Positions 38,315 to 47,756 of a stretch of DNA of 64,000 bases are shown here, one piece after another. Source of the stretch: Gammaproteobacteria bacterium (lineage in GTDB: Bacteria; Pseudomonadota; Gammaproteobacteria; JBCCGL01); contig OZ255836.1 in NCBI GenBank assembly GCA_965277715.1, positions 544,001 to 608,000 of the forward strand. Direction: 5' to 3'. The notes below the pieces were generated by a model that had not been told where the DNA came from, made no database searches, and saw nothing but the letters and a program-made list of their open reading frames with translations. The translations under genes were made by a program, and so were the position numbers. Every line of letters starts with the position of its first letter. Position 1 is the stretch's first letter.

Positions 38315-41300
38315 TTAGCTTTTCAAGTCGGCGTAATATTGCTCCAGGCGTTCGATTTTGCTTTCCAGAACGGTTTTTTCGCGGTGTCCCTCTTGGATGG
38401 CGCTGATGCATAGCATCAACACACTGTCATAATCAATGGAGCGGAAATCATCGACCTGTTTGCCGTAGACAAAGACTTTGTCCACGGGGGTTTTCCAGTC
38501 GCTCACAGTAAATGAGTATGCGTCCTCAACCGCAATAATGTCTTTGTCCACTTGGCCTTGTTCGTCGACGATCAGTCTGATCTTGTCGCCTACTTGCAGG
38601 TTATGGGGGGCAGTCAGGTAGAGGCTTAAGCGCGATTGATCCGCGTGGTAGTCGATGGCAGAGGCAAGGGTATAAATATCGGGAATAAAATCTGTCGACT
38701 GTTGTACTGCCTGAGGAAAGACCGTTTCAAGCTGCTGGGCAATTAGACCTTTTTTCTCATCGCTGCCCTTTTGCACGGTATCGATATAAGCGTAATCCGT
38801 CACCTCTATATTAAGTAGTTTGGTTACATCCGCCGCCGCATTGGAGCGCTGTTTAATCTGCTTGATTCTTTGGTCTGACACGGCTTGAAACTCGGTAGAT
38901 CTGATGGCGTTATCTGCTTTTATGCTGACATCCCAAGTACTGGTAACACGGCCTATACTACCGCTGCTAGACAAGTATCCATAAGTAGCGCGTGACGAAG
39001 TACCACCCGCCACATGCAGTGGAAAACCAGGGCTAGTGGTGCCGATACCGACTTTGCTACCTTTAATCACCATCTGGACGGTGCCGCCAGTACCGGCGTC
39101 TAACTCGTCACCGTTATGGCTACCACCCTTAAACCACGCGAAATTATACTCGGTTCTAAAGTATTGGGTATGATGCTGTACTCCGATACTGTACTGAGTA
39201 CTCCACAAATCAATCATCTGGCGCGTGGTTGTGCCGAAGTCCATCTTGCCACCCACCCGCAAATTATTATCGCCAGGATCCGAGTCGCCGCCTATATGCA
39301 CCCCCCCGTTGACCGCTAATTTTGCAGCGGGGCTGGCGGTGCCGATACCGACATTGCCCTCGCTGTCAACCGTTAACGCCGCCGTGCCACCGTCCTCGTG
39401 TAATTGCAAAGCACCCCCGTCAGCAATGCTGATACGGCTGGTGCCACCGGCATCTTTTAAGGTTAGATTACCGTTATCCGGCAGGCTGATACGGGCAGTG
39501 CCGCCGGTATCTTTGATATCGCCGCCACTGACCTTCAGATCACCCGTGACTGTGGCATCGCCATCCACTACTAATTTTGCATCGGGGCTAGCAGTGCCGA
39601 TACCGACGTTGCCATCTTTAATCACCATCTGTACGGTGCCGCCAGTACCAGCGTTGAACTGGTCATCGTTATGGCTACCGCCCTTAAACCACGCGAAGTT
39701 AAGCGCAGTTCTAAAATATTGGGTGTGATACTGTATTCCTATACCGTAATCGGTGCCCCACATGTCAATCATCTGACTCAGATTTTCGTCGAAGTCCATC
39801 TTACCACTCACCACCAAGTCACCACTGAGGTCGATATTGCCAGAGGTATTAACCGTTAACGCCGCAGTGCCACCGTCCTCGTGCAATTGCAAGGCACCCC
39901 CGTCAGCAATGCTGATACGGCTGGTGCCACCGGCATCTTTTAAGGTTAAATTACCGTTATCCGGCAGGCTGATACGGGCAGTGCCATCGGCATCTTTGAT
40001 ATCGCCGCCACTGACCTTCAGATCACCCGTGACGGTGGCATCGCCATCCACCACTAATTTTGCATCGGGGTTAGTGGTGCCGATACCGACGTTGCCCTCT
40101 TCAATCACCATCTGGACGGTGCCGCCAGTACCGGCGTTGAATTTTGCATCGTTATGGCTACCGCCCTTAAACCACGCGAAATTATGCTCGGTTCTAAAAT
40201 ATTGAGTATGAGTCTGTACTCCAATACCGAACACAGTATTCCACAAGTTAATCATTTGTCGCACAGTTGCGCCGAAGCTCGCCTTGCCATTAGCCACCGA
40301 CAGGTCACCACTGAGGCCGACATTACCTGTGCTATCAACTGTTAACGCCGCCGTGCCACCGTCCTCGTGTAATTGCAAGGCACCCCCGTCAGCAATGCTG
40401 ATACGGCTGGTGCCACCGGCATCCTTTAAGGTTAGATTACCGTTATCCGGCAGGCTGATACGGGCAGTGCCGCCGGTATCTTTGATATCGCCGCCACTGA
40501 CTTGCAGGTCACCACTGAGGCTGACATTACCTGTGCTATCAACCGTTAACGCCGCCGTGCCACCATCCTTGTGTAATTGCAAGGCACCCCCGTCGGCAAT
40601 GCTGATACGGCTGGTGCCACCGGCATCTTTGATATCACCACCACTGACCTTCAGATCACCCGTGACGGTGGCATCGCCATCCACTACTAATTTTGCATCG
40701 GGGCTGGCGGTGCCGATACCGACGTTGCCATCTTTAATCACCATCTGGACGGTGCCGCCAGTACCGGCGTTCAATGCACCATCGTTATGGCTGCCGCCCT
40801 TAAACCACGCGAAGTTAACCCCAGTTCTAAAGTATTGGGTGCTACTTTGAATTCCTATACCGTACCCGGTGCCCCACATGTCAATCATCTGACTCAGATT
40901 TTCGTCGAAGCCCACCTTGCCACTCACTGCCAGGTCACCACTGAGATCGACATTGCCCTCGCTGTCAACCGTTAACGCCGCCGTGCCACCGTCCTCGTGC
41001 AATTGCAAGGCACCCCCGTCAGCAATACTGATACGGTTGGTGCCACCGGCATCTTTTAAGGTTAGATTACCGTTATCCGGCAGGCTGATACGGGCAGTGC
41101 CGCCGGTATCTTTGATATCGCCGCCACTGACTTGCAGGTCACCCGTGACGGTGGCATTGCCACTCACCGCCAGGTCACCACTGAGGTCGATATTGCCAGC
41201 GGTATCAACCGTTAACGCCGCTGTGCCACCGTCCTCGTGTAATTGCAAGGCACCCCCGTCGGCAATACTGATACGGCTGGTGCCACCGGCATCCTTTAAG

Positions 41301-43138
41301 GTTAGATTACCGTTATCCGGCAGGCTGATACGGGCAGTGCCACCGGTATCTTTGATATCGCCGCCACTGACCTTCAGATCACCCGTAACGGTGGCATCGC
41401 CACTCACCGCCAGGTCACCACTGAGATCGACATTGCCCGTACTATCCACCGTTAACGCTGCCGTGCCATCATTTTTGTTCAACTGCAAAACGTCGCCATC
41501 GGGCATTACCTGGCTGTTACTACAGTGCTGTGCCGTGCAGTTAAACAACCGCAGCAGTGCCTTGTCGCAACTGTGCGCGCCGCTGCCGCTGGCAGTGGCG
41601 ATGCAGTCGTAAACAGTCAAGGTGGAATGGTCGCATTGATACACTCCGCCGCCATTGGCCGCCTTGTTGTGGTGCAGTTGGGTGGCGGTGATCTGGGTGA
41701 CATTATTGGCACCATACAGACCACCACCATTGGCGCTGGTGTGATGATTAATGATTTTGCAGTTCAGTTCAGATTGTTCGCAGTAGTCCAGAAAAAAAGC
41801 GCCGCCCTGGTCAGTGCCGGTTAAGGCACCGCCCAAACCATTAACCCCACCACGGCCATCAAAACTCCAGCCACGCAACTGAATACCAGTGACGGGTGTG
41901 CCAGCGCTGCCCTGCACGGTGAACCGGGCCTGTGCATTGTCTTTAACCACCACCGTATCTTCCTGGTTAAAACCGATAATGCTGACGTTTTCCTGGAGTT
42001 CCACGCTGTTTTTCAGGATATAGGCGGGGCGGCCATTAAAGGTATTCTCCGGGTTATTGCCCATGCCACCCCAGGCGCCACTGGCAATATCCGAGCCGAT
42101 AAAGGGCGTGGTGATGGCAAAGCTGTCGGTAGTCACATCGCTAATAGTGTAGGTGCCGCTGTAGTAACGGCTCTGGCTGATCAACACAGTTGTATTGTCA
42201 CTCAGGCCGTGACCGGCAGAGGTGCAGACCACCTTGGCGCCGGTTTCAGTCGCTGAGTCGGCAAAGGCGCTAATGGCGCTATAACTTGTGGTGCCCCATT
42301 TGGCCGTACCATCGGCAATAAAGTGGGCGTTGATATCAAAGCCGTTGGCGGTGACATTGCTGATGCTGTAGTGACCGTTGTGATGGGCGCTTTGGGTAAT
42401 CACAATCTGGGTGCCGTCGTCGAGTCCGTGGGCGGCGGCGGTACAGGTGACTTTGGTATTCGGTGAGTTGGTGGCGTTGGCAAAGGCGGTGATTGCCTGC
42501 AACACCTGCCAGCGACCGCTATCGTTTGGCTCGTAGGCACCCTGGATGGGGCTGAGGGCTATGGTACTGTTGGCGGCAATGACTGTGTCGGTGCCGAGGT
42601 TAAACACCTGGTCGAATTCCGCCTGGCTGTGAATTTTAACCGTGTTGGGGCCGAGCAGCAGGGTGTCCCTGGCCGCCGGGGCCTCCAGCTTGCCGCTGCC
42701 ATCGATGACGATATCGCCCGCATCGGCCCCAGAGAAAGTCAGGTCGAAGGCCAGCAGGAAGTCTGTGCCCGCTACCTTCTCGGCCAGCTTTTCATCATTG
42801 GCGGCGTAAAGGGCAAAGAGTTCGCCGGTTTCCAGAAAAAAGCCGATTTCGTAGATGGGGTAGACGCTGGGTACATCGGCGCCCTCGTCTTGCAATGTGG
42901 CGGTTAAATGTAACTGGTTTTGCCGGTTGCCGATCAGTTCACCACCGGCAATGACAACCCGCTGGATTTCGTGTTTGAGGGCTGTCATATCCTGGGTGGC
43001 GGTATAGGGGCCACTGCCCGCGCCGGTTTGACCATCGCCCACCGCCACCTCGGCGATGCGTGCAGACATGCCACGGTTTTTGGCGTCGATCAGGGCGGTG
43101 ATGCCCGCGTCGGTAATTATTGGGGTTAGTGTGCTCAT
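38315..43138 (-). CDS. Tail fibre paralog 1 (1607 aa) with C-terminal peptidase S74 intramolecular chaperone
   Basis: 'VSDQRIKQI...KKGLIAQQLETVFPQAV...IDYD.......AIQE' plus terminal coiled coil. Confidence 0.9.
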   Translation of the reverse strand: MSTLTPIITDAGITALIDAKNRGMSARIAEVAVGDGQTGAGSGPYTATQDMTALKHEIQRVVIAGGELIGNRQNQLHLTATLQDEGADVPSVYPIYEIGFFLETGELFALYAANDEKLAEKVAGTDFLLAFDLTFSGADAGDIVIDGSGKLEAPAARDTLLLGPNTVKIHSQAEFDQVFNLGTDTVIAANSTIALSPIQGAYEPNDSGRWQVLQAITAFANATNSPNTKVTCTAAAHGLDDGTQIVITQSAHHNGHYSISNVTANGFDINAHFIADGTAKWGTTSYSAISAFADSATETGAKVVCTSAGHGLSDNTTVLISQSRYYSGTYTISDVTTDSFAITTPFIGSDIASGAWGGMGNNPENTFNGRPAYILKNSVELQENVSIIGFNQEDTVVVKDNAQARFTVQGSAGTPVTGIQLRGWSFDGRGGVNGLGGALTGTDQGGAFFLDYCEQSELNCKIINHHTSANGGGLYGANNVTQITATQLHHNKAANGGGVYQCDHSTLTVYDCIATASGSGAHSCDKALLRLFNCTAQHCSNSQVMPDGDVLQLNKNDGTAALTVDSTGNVDLSGDLAVSGDATVTGDLKVSGGDIKDTGGTARISLPDNGNLTLKDAGGTSRISIADGGALQLHEDGGTAALTVDTAGNIDLSGDLAVSGNATVTGDLQVSGGDIKDTGGTARISLPDNGNLTLKDAGGTNRISIADGGALQLHEDGGTAALTVDSEGNVDLSGDLAVSGKVGFDENLSQMIDMWGTGYGIGIQSSTQYFRTGVNFAWFKGGSHNDGALNAGTGGTVQMVIKDGNVGIGTASPDAKLVVDGDATVTGDLKVSGGDIKDAGGTSRISIADGGALQLHKDGGTAALTVDSTGNVSLSGDLQVSGGDIKDTGGTARISLPDNGNLTLKDAGGTSRISIADGGALQLHEDGGTAALTVDSTGNVGLSGDLSVANGKASFGATVRQMINLWNTVFGIGVQTHTQYFRTEHNFAWFKGGSHNDAKFNAGTGGTVQMVIEEGNVGIGTTNPDAKLVVDGDATVTGDLKVSGGDIKDADGTARISLPDNGNLTLKDAGGTSRISIADGGALQLHEDGGTAALTVNTSGNIDLSGDLVVSGKMDFDENLSQMIDMWGTDYGIGIQYHTQYFRTALNFAWFKGGSHNDDQFNAGTGGTVQMVIKDGNVGIGTASPDAKLVVDGDATVTGDLKVSGGDIKDTGGTARISLPDNGNLTLKDAGGTSRISIADGGALQLHEDGGTAALTVDSEGNVGIGTASPAAKLAVNGGVHIGGDSDPGDNNLRVGGKMDFGTTTRQMIDLWSTQYSIGVQHHTQYFRTEYNFAWFKGGSHNGDELDAGTGGTVQMVIKGSKVGIGTTSPGFPLHVAGGTSSRATYGYLSSSGSIGRVTSTWDVSIKADNAIRSTEFQAVSDQRIKQIKQRSNAAADVTKLLNIEVTDYAYIDTVQKGSDEKKGLIAQQLETVFPQAVQQSTDFIPDIYTLASAIDYHADQSRLSLYLTAPHNLQVGDKIRLIVDEQGQVDKDIIAVEDAYSFTVSDWKTPVDKVFVYGKQVDDFRSIDYDSVLMLCISAIQEGHREKTVLESKIERLEQYYADLKS

Positions 43139-43183
43139 TGGTTTATCTTTTCTGTTGGGGAACAGGAGGTTGTTTTGAGTTGT

Positions 43184-44119
43184 TTATAATGAAGCCGCCA
43201 TATTAAACCGCTTATAACTAACCGCCTTGCTACTGACAGCCAGCCGCATATAACCGGTTTGCACCAAACTTAAGCTAAAGCTGTAGTGGCTGCGCACTGG
43301 CTTGACCGCATCGATAACCTGGTGCAGTTTATTGTTGAGCGCCGCCGTACCCGCACCAGGGGTGCTGGCGTTGACCAGAAACTCCAGGTGAAAGGTGTGG
43401 GGCAGACCCCTGGGCGTCTGCTGCCACCATTCGGTGAGGGTGATGCTGATATAGGCAAAGGAGCGTTCAAGCGCATTTTGTACACTGGCCCGGGTGCCTT
43501 TGTGTTGATGAATAAAGGCGCTTTTGCGGATCAGGTTCCGGCGGCGGATGGATTCTTCCACCGGGTCATTGGCATTGCTGAACCAGGTATCACCGGAGGT
43601 GGCCCAGGCCAGCCAGGGCAGTAAGGCCTGTGGGCAGCGAGAAGGGTCCCACAGGCTGTCGATCAGTACCGGTAACTGGTTCAGGCGGTCACCCGTCAGC
43701 GACAGTTGCCGCTCCAATCTGCTGGCATTGGGGGGCAGCAGATGCACCTCGCTTTTTAAGGGGCGACTGGCGTACAGGCGTTGGCTTTGTGTGGTATCAG
43801 TCACCCACACCAGCAGGTGACTGGCACCGTCTGGAATGACGGTATTGTCAAACCGATGGAACAGCGGCCGCTGGTAGGTATAGACAGGTGCCTCCTTGGT
43901 ACCGGTATTCAGGGAACTGTATTCGGCAATTTTACTGTGAACGGCCAGCTTTTCCTGTGCGTTGCGCCCCCAGTGGAGTTCGATAACACGCAGGTTCCGG
44001 TGACTGTGATCGTGACAGAGGATCAACGGCCCATTGAGCACACCGGTGCGGGTGGCCGTATTCACAAAGGCAATGGTATCGACCTTCTGGTTAAGGGGCA
44101 CAGTGGCGGTTATCGACAT
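43184..44119 (-). CDS. P2 gpI-like baseplate wedge protein with an N-terminal extra domain
   Basis: 'LLPPNAS.LER', 'LWDP..CP..LLPWLAWA', 'HQHKGT', 'EWWQ.TP.G.PHTF', 'KPVRSHY'. Confidence 0.92.
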   Translation of the reverse strand: MSITATVPLNQKVDTIAFVNTATRTGVLNGPLILCHDHSHRNLRVIELHWGRNAQEKLAVHSKIAEYSSLNTGTKEAPVYTYQRPLFHRFDNTVIPDGASHLLVWVTDTTQSQRLYASRPLKSEVHLLPPNASRLERQLSLTGDRLNQLPVLIDSLWDPSRCPQALLPWLAWATSGDTWFSNANDPVEESIRRRNLIRKSAFIHQHKGTRASVQNALERSFAYISITLTEWWQQTPRGLPHTFHLEFLVNASTPGAGTAALNNKLHQVIDAVKPVRSHYSFSLSLVQTGYMRLAVSSKAVSYKRFNMAASL

Positions 44120-44227
44120 GAGAACTCACTTTTCAGATTGGGTTGAAATAAGACCGCTGGCCCCGAATTAAACACGCCAGAAAAACACACAAGGGCCAAG
44201 CCCTCCAGCCGTATAGCCATATAACAA

Positions 44228-45631
44228 TTAATCAATAGAAACACTCACCCCATACAACATTTCACCAAATTCATTTTTGCTAAAAGCAATCAGATGCGTG
44301 GCCCCGGTGGGCACTGGGGTATTGGCCGCAAAGTGATGGGTCAGTGCACTGCCTTTAACGATTTCGGCAATGGGCGGCAGTGCATAACGAACACTGACCT
44401 GGGTATCGTTCAGCGTATTGTTGGTGGCTGTGACCACACCGGTGGTATTGTCCAGGCTGTAATCCTTACCTTTCAGGTAGATAATTTTACCGTCGTTACT
44501 GGTGATCAACAGGGAGGCGACCGGCTGGTGGTCGAGGGTAAACGTGTCCGTTGCAAAGGTGTAGTTTTTAGCGCCCCTGGGCAGTTTTTCGGCATTGTTG
44601 GCACCCCAGTAAAGGATGTAGTGGGTAATATCATAGTCAATATCGGCGGCGGTGAGGGTCACAGTGCCTTCAATCTCGCCGGATGTACCACTATTGGTAA
44701 AGGCGATAGCCTCGACCATATTGTTTGGCGTACTGTAGGGGTGTTCCTGGTAATCAATGGCACCCAGGGTGCCGTAGGGGGCCTGGTAGCGCTCAATCAG
44801 CAGATCGGTGGTAGGCTGGTGCAGTTCGACATTTTGCACACCCGGCTGGTAAAAGGCGGCAAATAAACCCGCGCGGGTAATATCGATGCCGATACCATGG
44901 TGTTTGTCGAGAAAAGCCTGGGCGACCGTACTGGCAGCGGTCAGGACTTCATCCGCCCCGACACCGGGGAACATCTGCACGGTGGCGTCGACGGTAAAGG
45001 GGATAATCTCTGCCGAACTGACCCGAATCTGATCGGTAATGGGGCGTATTTTATCGTGGTTAAGGGCCGCACTGACCGTATCGACTAAATCGGCCGCATT
45101 GCCATTGCCTTCTTTGCTGAGCAGTCGTACATCCACAATACCCGGCGATTCGGAGTAGACGGATACGTCTTTGACCAGGGCTGAGGCCGACAGGGCATGA
45201 AACACATAGGCGCCCTCGGGACCGGCGGTGGAAAAGCCTTCAAAAGCCAGTTGGGTGCGGGTGCGCAGGTGTTCGTCGTCTTCATAGGTGGGCGCTATCG
45301 GTGGCGAGGCGTCGGGGTCGCCGGGGTCGGTTTGCAGGCGACCGATATTCACCAGCGCCGCCAGGTTATCCAGGTTGCTGCCACTGGCGGTGGCCAGCAT
45401 TACCCCGCGTGCGGCCTCGTTGATGCGCTGGCGCAGGTGCATTTCCCGGTAGGCGACAACTTCCAGCAGTTTACTGATGGGGTCGCTTTCGGGCAGGTCG
45501 TTGACGATTAATTCCGGTGCCAGGTTCTGCAGCTCGGTTTTGGTCGCCGCCAGCAGGGTTTCGTAATCCAGCGTCTCGATGATGCTGGGGGGCGGGAGTT
45601 TGGAGAGGTCGATGGTGGTGAACAGGCTCAT
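44228..45631 (-). CDS. P2 gpJ-like baseplate protein with C-terminal extension
   Basis: 'IDLSKLPPP...E.LDYE', 'AYRE..LRQRINEAAR..MLA.A.G..LD.LAA', 'STAGP.GAY.FHA', 'RP.TD'. Confidence 0.95.
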   Translation of the reverse strand: MSLFTTIDLSKLPPPSIIETLDYETLLAATKTELQNLAPELIVNDLPESDPISKLLEVVAYREMHLRQRINEAARGVMLATASGSNLDNLAALVNIGRLQTDPGDPDASPPIAPTYEDDEHLRTRTQLAFEGFSTAGPEGAYVFHALSASALVKDVSVYSESPGIVDVRLLSKEGNGNAADLVDTVSAALNHDKIRPITDQIRVSSAEIIPFTVDATVQMFPGVGADEVLTAASTVAQAFLDKHHGIGIDITRAGLFAAFYQPGVQNVELHQPTTDLLIERYQAPYGTLGAIDYQEHPYSTPNNMVEAIAFTNSGTSGEIEGTVTLTAADIDYDITHYILYWGANNAEKLPRGAKNYTFATDTFTLDHQPVASLLITSNDGKIIYLKGKDYSLDNTTGVVTATNNTLNDTQVSVRYALPPIAEIVKGSALTHHFAANTPVPTGATHLIAFSKNEFGEMLYGVSVSID

Positions 45632-45765
45632 GGGAACCCCTGGTTAGTTGTTGGTTGTCAATTGTTATATTGCTATATGGCTATATTGCTGGGCGTCACT
45701 GTCCTACTTTGATTGCTACGTAGGCTGGTATCCAGCACATGAAAGCAGGGTGAACCACCTTGCCA

Positions 45766-45794
45766 CTGGATTCCCGCATTTGTGGGAATGACGG
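45766..45794. repeat. Free-standing REP-like palindrome related to the core of the 99-bp repeat
   Basis: ctggATTCCCGCatttGTGGGAATgacgg; truncated copy at 20488-20506. Confidence 0.7.
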
Positions 45795-45820
45795 CTGGGG
45801 ATAGGCCCAGAATGGCGAAT

Positions 45821-46333
45821 TTAAGCCGATGTGAATACAGCCTCCTCACCCTGTCCATGCTGTTGAACTTTCCAGGTGCCGGATTTCATCAGCAGGAGGT
45901 CGGGCACAGGTGGGGAACCGATCGGTGGTGGCGGTAGCGCCATCATCGCAGGTACCGTCGCGGTAACGGTAAATGAACCACTGGCATTATCTAAAACAAC
46001 GCCTTGCGATAGAGTTGAAGATTTCTCGGATGCCTTGAGGCCACTTAAGGTAACTTTCAACAAGGTGCCATCCACACCGCCAACCTTAGGTGCTACCGTC
46101 GAAAATGCGCCATGGGTCATTGTGTGATAAGAATCGGTAACACTGTCCATGGCCGTGATGATATCCGACACCAACACGGCGGCTTTGCTGCCGCCAACCG
46201 TTAATTTGCTGCCCGAACCATTGATCTCAACGTCAAAAGAGTTGGCGGTACCGGCGGGGGGGCTGGTTCCCCAGCCCCAATCCGCCGCTGCGGTTAAGCG
46301 TATAATCGCACCCTTTACCAAGACGTTAGCCAT
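45821..46333 (-). CDS. Putative spike-tip protein resembling Afp10/Pvc10 (non-canonical PAAR-like)
   Basis: Immediately after gpV; 'INGSGS.LTVGG...V..D' and 'VPAMM.PPPP...PPVPD....SGTW.....GQ....A' pattern. Confidence 0.5.
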   Translation of the reverse strand: MANVLVKGAIIRLTAAADWGWGTSPPAGTANSFDVEINGSGSKLTVGGSKAAVLVSDIITAMDSVTDSYHTMTHGAFSTVAPKVGGVDGTLLKVTLSGLKASEKSSTLSQGVVLDNASGSFTVTATVPAMMALPPPPIGSPPVPDLLLMKSGTWKVQQHGQGEEAVFTSA

Positions 46334-47280
46334 CAGCTGACATCCAGGGTGCCGGTCACTTTGACATCGCCTTCGATGGCAATGTTCTTGGCGGTGATGT
46401 TGAGATCCTGCTGGTCGGCATTAATCTTGACAGCCCCATTTTGATTAATCGTGATTATCGTAGACCCCGCACTGAACTCTATTTTTTTATTTCGATTAAT
46501 CGTGACCTCCGTAGCCCCCGCACTGAGCACCATTTTTTCCTCATCTTTAGCACTGGCATCAATCAGCACTTTAACTTTGGGGTCACTCGCCGAACCGGCA
46601 ATCAGGGTGGTTTTTGCTTTTGACACCAGTTGTAACTCGCCGCCCTTACCACTGGTGGTGTCGATCTCAAGGGCGATATCCGGCTCTGTTGTGCTGCCCA
46701 CTTTTAAGGCCAGCCTGGCGGTGCCTTCGCTGCTGCCCTCGGGGTCCATGATCGCGGTAAGGTTCAGGGACTTTTCAGCCTTTGGGCTGCTTTTGATTTC
46801 CAACCCCAGTTCGTGTTTGCTGCGGTCGTAGTGAATGTGGGTGCCGTCTTTATAGAAGCGTTGGTGAATGAGTGCATCTGTGTCCTTGGGAAAAAGGTCT
46901 CGTTTTATTACCCCGCTGGCGTTTTCACCGTCGAAGGTAACGCTGGCCCGGTACAGGGCACCTATCACAATACCCAATGCCAGGTCACCCGAGGGTGCCA
47001 CGACCAGTACCTGTTCGTGCAGTTCCGGCTGCCACCACTCGCCATCGTATCCGGCGCGCAGGGTTACCCAGGGCATCCAGTTGCGGGTAAAGCTGTCTGC
47101 TGTTTTACCGCCCACCTGCACCAGTACGTGGGGCACATCTATTGGTGCCTTGCTGTCATCAGGGCCTTTTTCGACGATTTTGCCGGTATGCACTATGCCA
47201 CTGAGCATGGTGTTGTGCCGACTGAGCGCACCTTCCATTTCAAGGGAGGACTGCTCGACCGTATCGTCAATAAGTGGCAT
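46333..47280 (-). CDS. P2 gpV-like baseplate spike, elongated
   Basis: OB-fold 'WMPW.TLRAG.D.EWW.P...EQVLV.APSGD...G.V.G.LY', 'Y.DGT.I.YDR..H.L'; extended beta-repeat C-half. Confidence 0.88.
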   Translation of the reverse strand: MPLIDDTVEQSSLEMEGALSRHNTMLSGIVHTGKIVEKGPDDSKAPIDVPHVLVQVGGKTADSFTRNWMPWVTLRAGYDGEWWQPELHEQVLVVAPSGDLALGIVIGALYRASVTFDGENASGVIKRDLFPKDTDALIHQRFYKDGTHIHYDRSKHELGLEIKSSPKAEKSLNLTAIMDPEGSSEGTARLALKVGSTTEPDIALEIDTTSGKGGELQLVSKAKTTLIAGSASDPKVKVLIDASAKDEEKMVLSAGATEVTINRNKKIEFSAGSTIITINQNGAVKINADQQDLNITAKNIAIEGDVKVTGTLDVS

Positions 47281-47383
47281 GGGCGTTTACTCTTGTTAGT
47301 GACTGATGAACACTGCTAAAAATTGGCATTTCCGCCTCTGCGGGCGTCACGAAAGATACATTTTTAGTGCTGCGCTGATGGTG

Positions 47384-47722
47384 TTATTGGATGGTCAGAT
47401 TTTCCAGGCGGATAATCCGATTGTCCGGCAGGTAGTGCCCTTCAATGGTGAAGTCAATACGCCCCTCGGCCACGTCGTTAACGGCCACCTGGCTCAATTT
47501 TAAACGCGGTTCGTAATACCCCAGGGCTTCGGTAATGGCCACCTGGATAGTCGCCACCAGGTTTTCGTTAACGGGTTGATCCAGTAGGTACATCAGCCGT
47601 GATCCATAGCTGCGGCGCATAATACGGGTGCCAATAGGGGTTGACAGGATGTCTTTGATGGATTGTTCCAGGTGCTTCATGCCATTGAGAACTTTACCTG
47701 TTTGCGCGTGCATGCCTTTCAT
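47384..47722 (-). CDS. P2 gpW / gp25-like baseplate protein
   Basis: 'MKGM...TGK.L....HL.QSI.DIL.TP.GTR.MRR.YGS.L..L.D.P','EPRL'. Confidence 0.95.
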   Translation of the reverse strand: MKGMHAQTGKVLNGMKHLEQSIKDILSTPIGTRIMRRSYGSRLMYLLDQPVNENLVATIQVAITEALGYYEPRLKLSQVAVNDVAEGRIDFTIEGHYLPDNRIIRLENLTIQ

Positions 47723-47756
47723 TGGGAATGTCTCTGTGTGGGGGTTGGTGCGGTGC

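Noticed and set aside
38202-38411. 69-aa ORF between fibres 1 and 2 as a fibre chaperone
   Set aside because: Overlaps the fibre 1 end by ~100 bp and has no recognisable motif
29309-43129. Many plus-strand ORFs antisense to the fibre genes
   Set aside because: Shadow ORFs of repetitive, codon-biased coding sequence
29285-43138. Diversity-generating retroelement or invertase shufflon driving fibre variation
   Set aside because: No reverse transcriptase, template repeat or recombinase in the window and all modules are in direct orientation; a trans-acting DGR is not excluded
18827-47722. Intact or cryptic P2-like prophage
   Set aside because: No capsid, portal, terminase, replication, integrase or repressor genes; dedicated rfaH/araC control indicates a domesticated tail
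11393-47722. Type VI secretion system or canonical Afp/PVC eCIS
   Set aside because: No TssJLM/TssBC/ClpV; sheath, tube and baseplate motifs are P2-like and no Afp16/DUF4255 cap is recognisable
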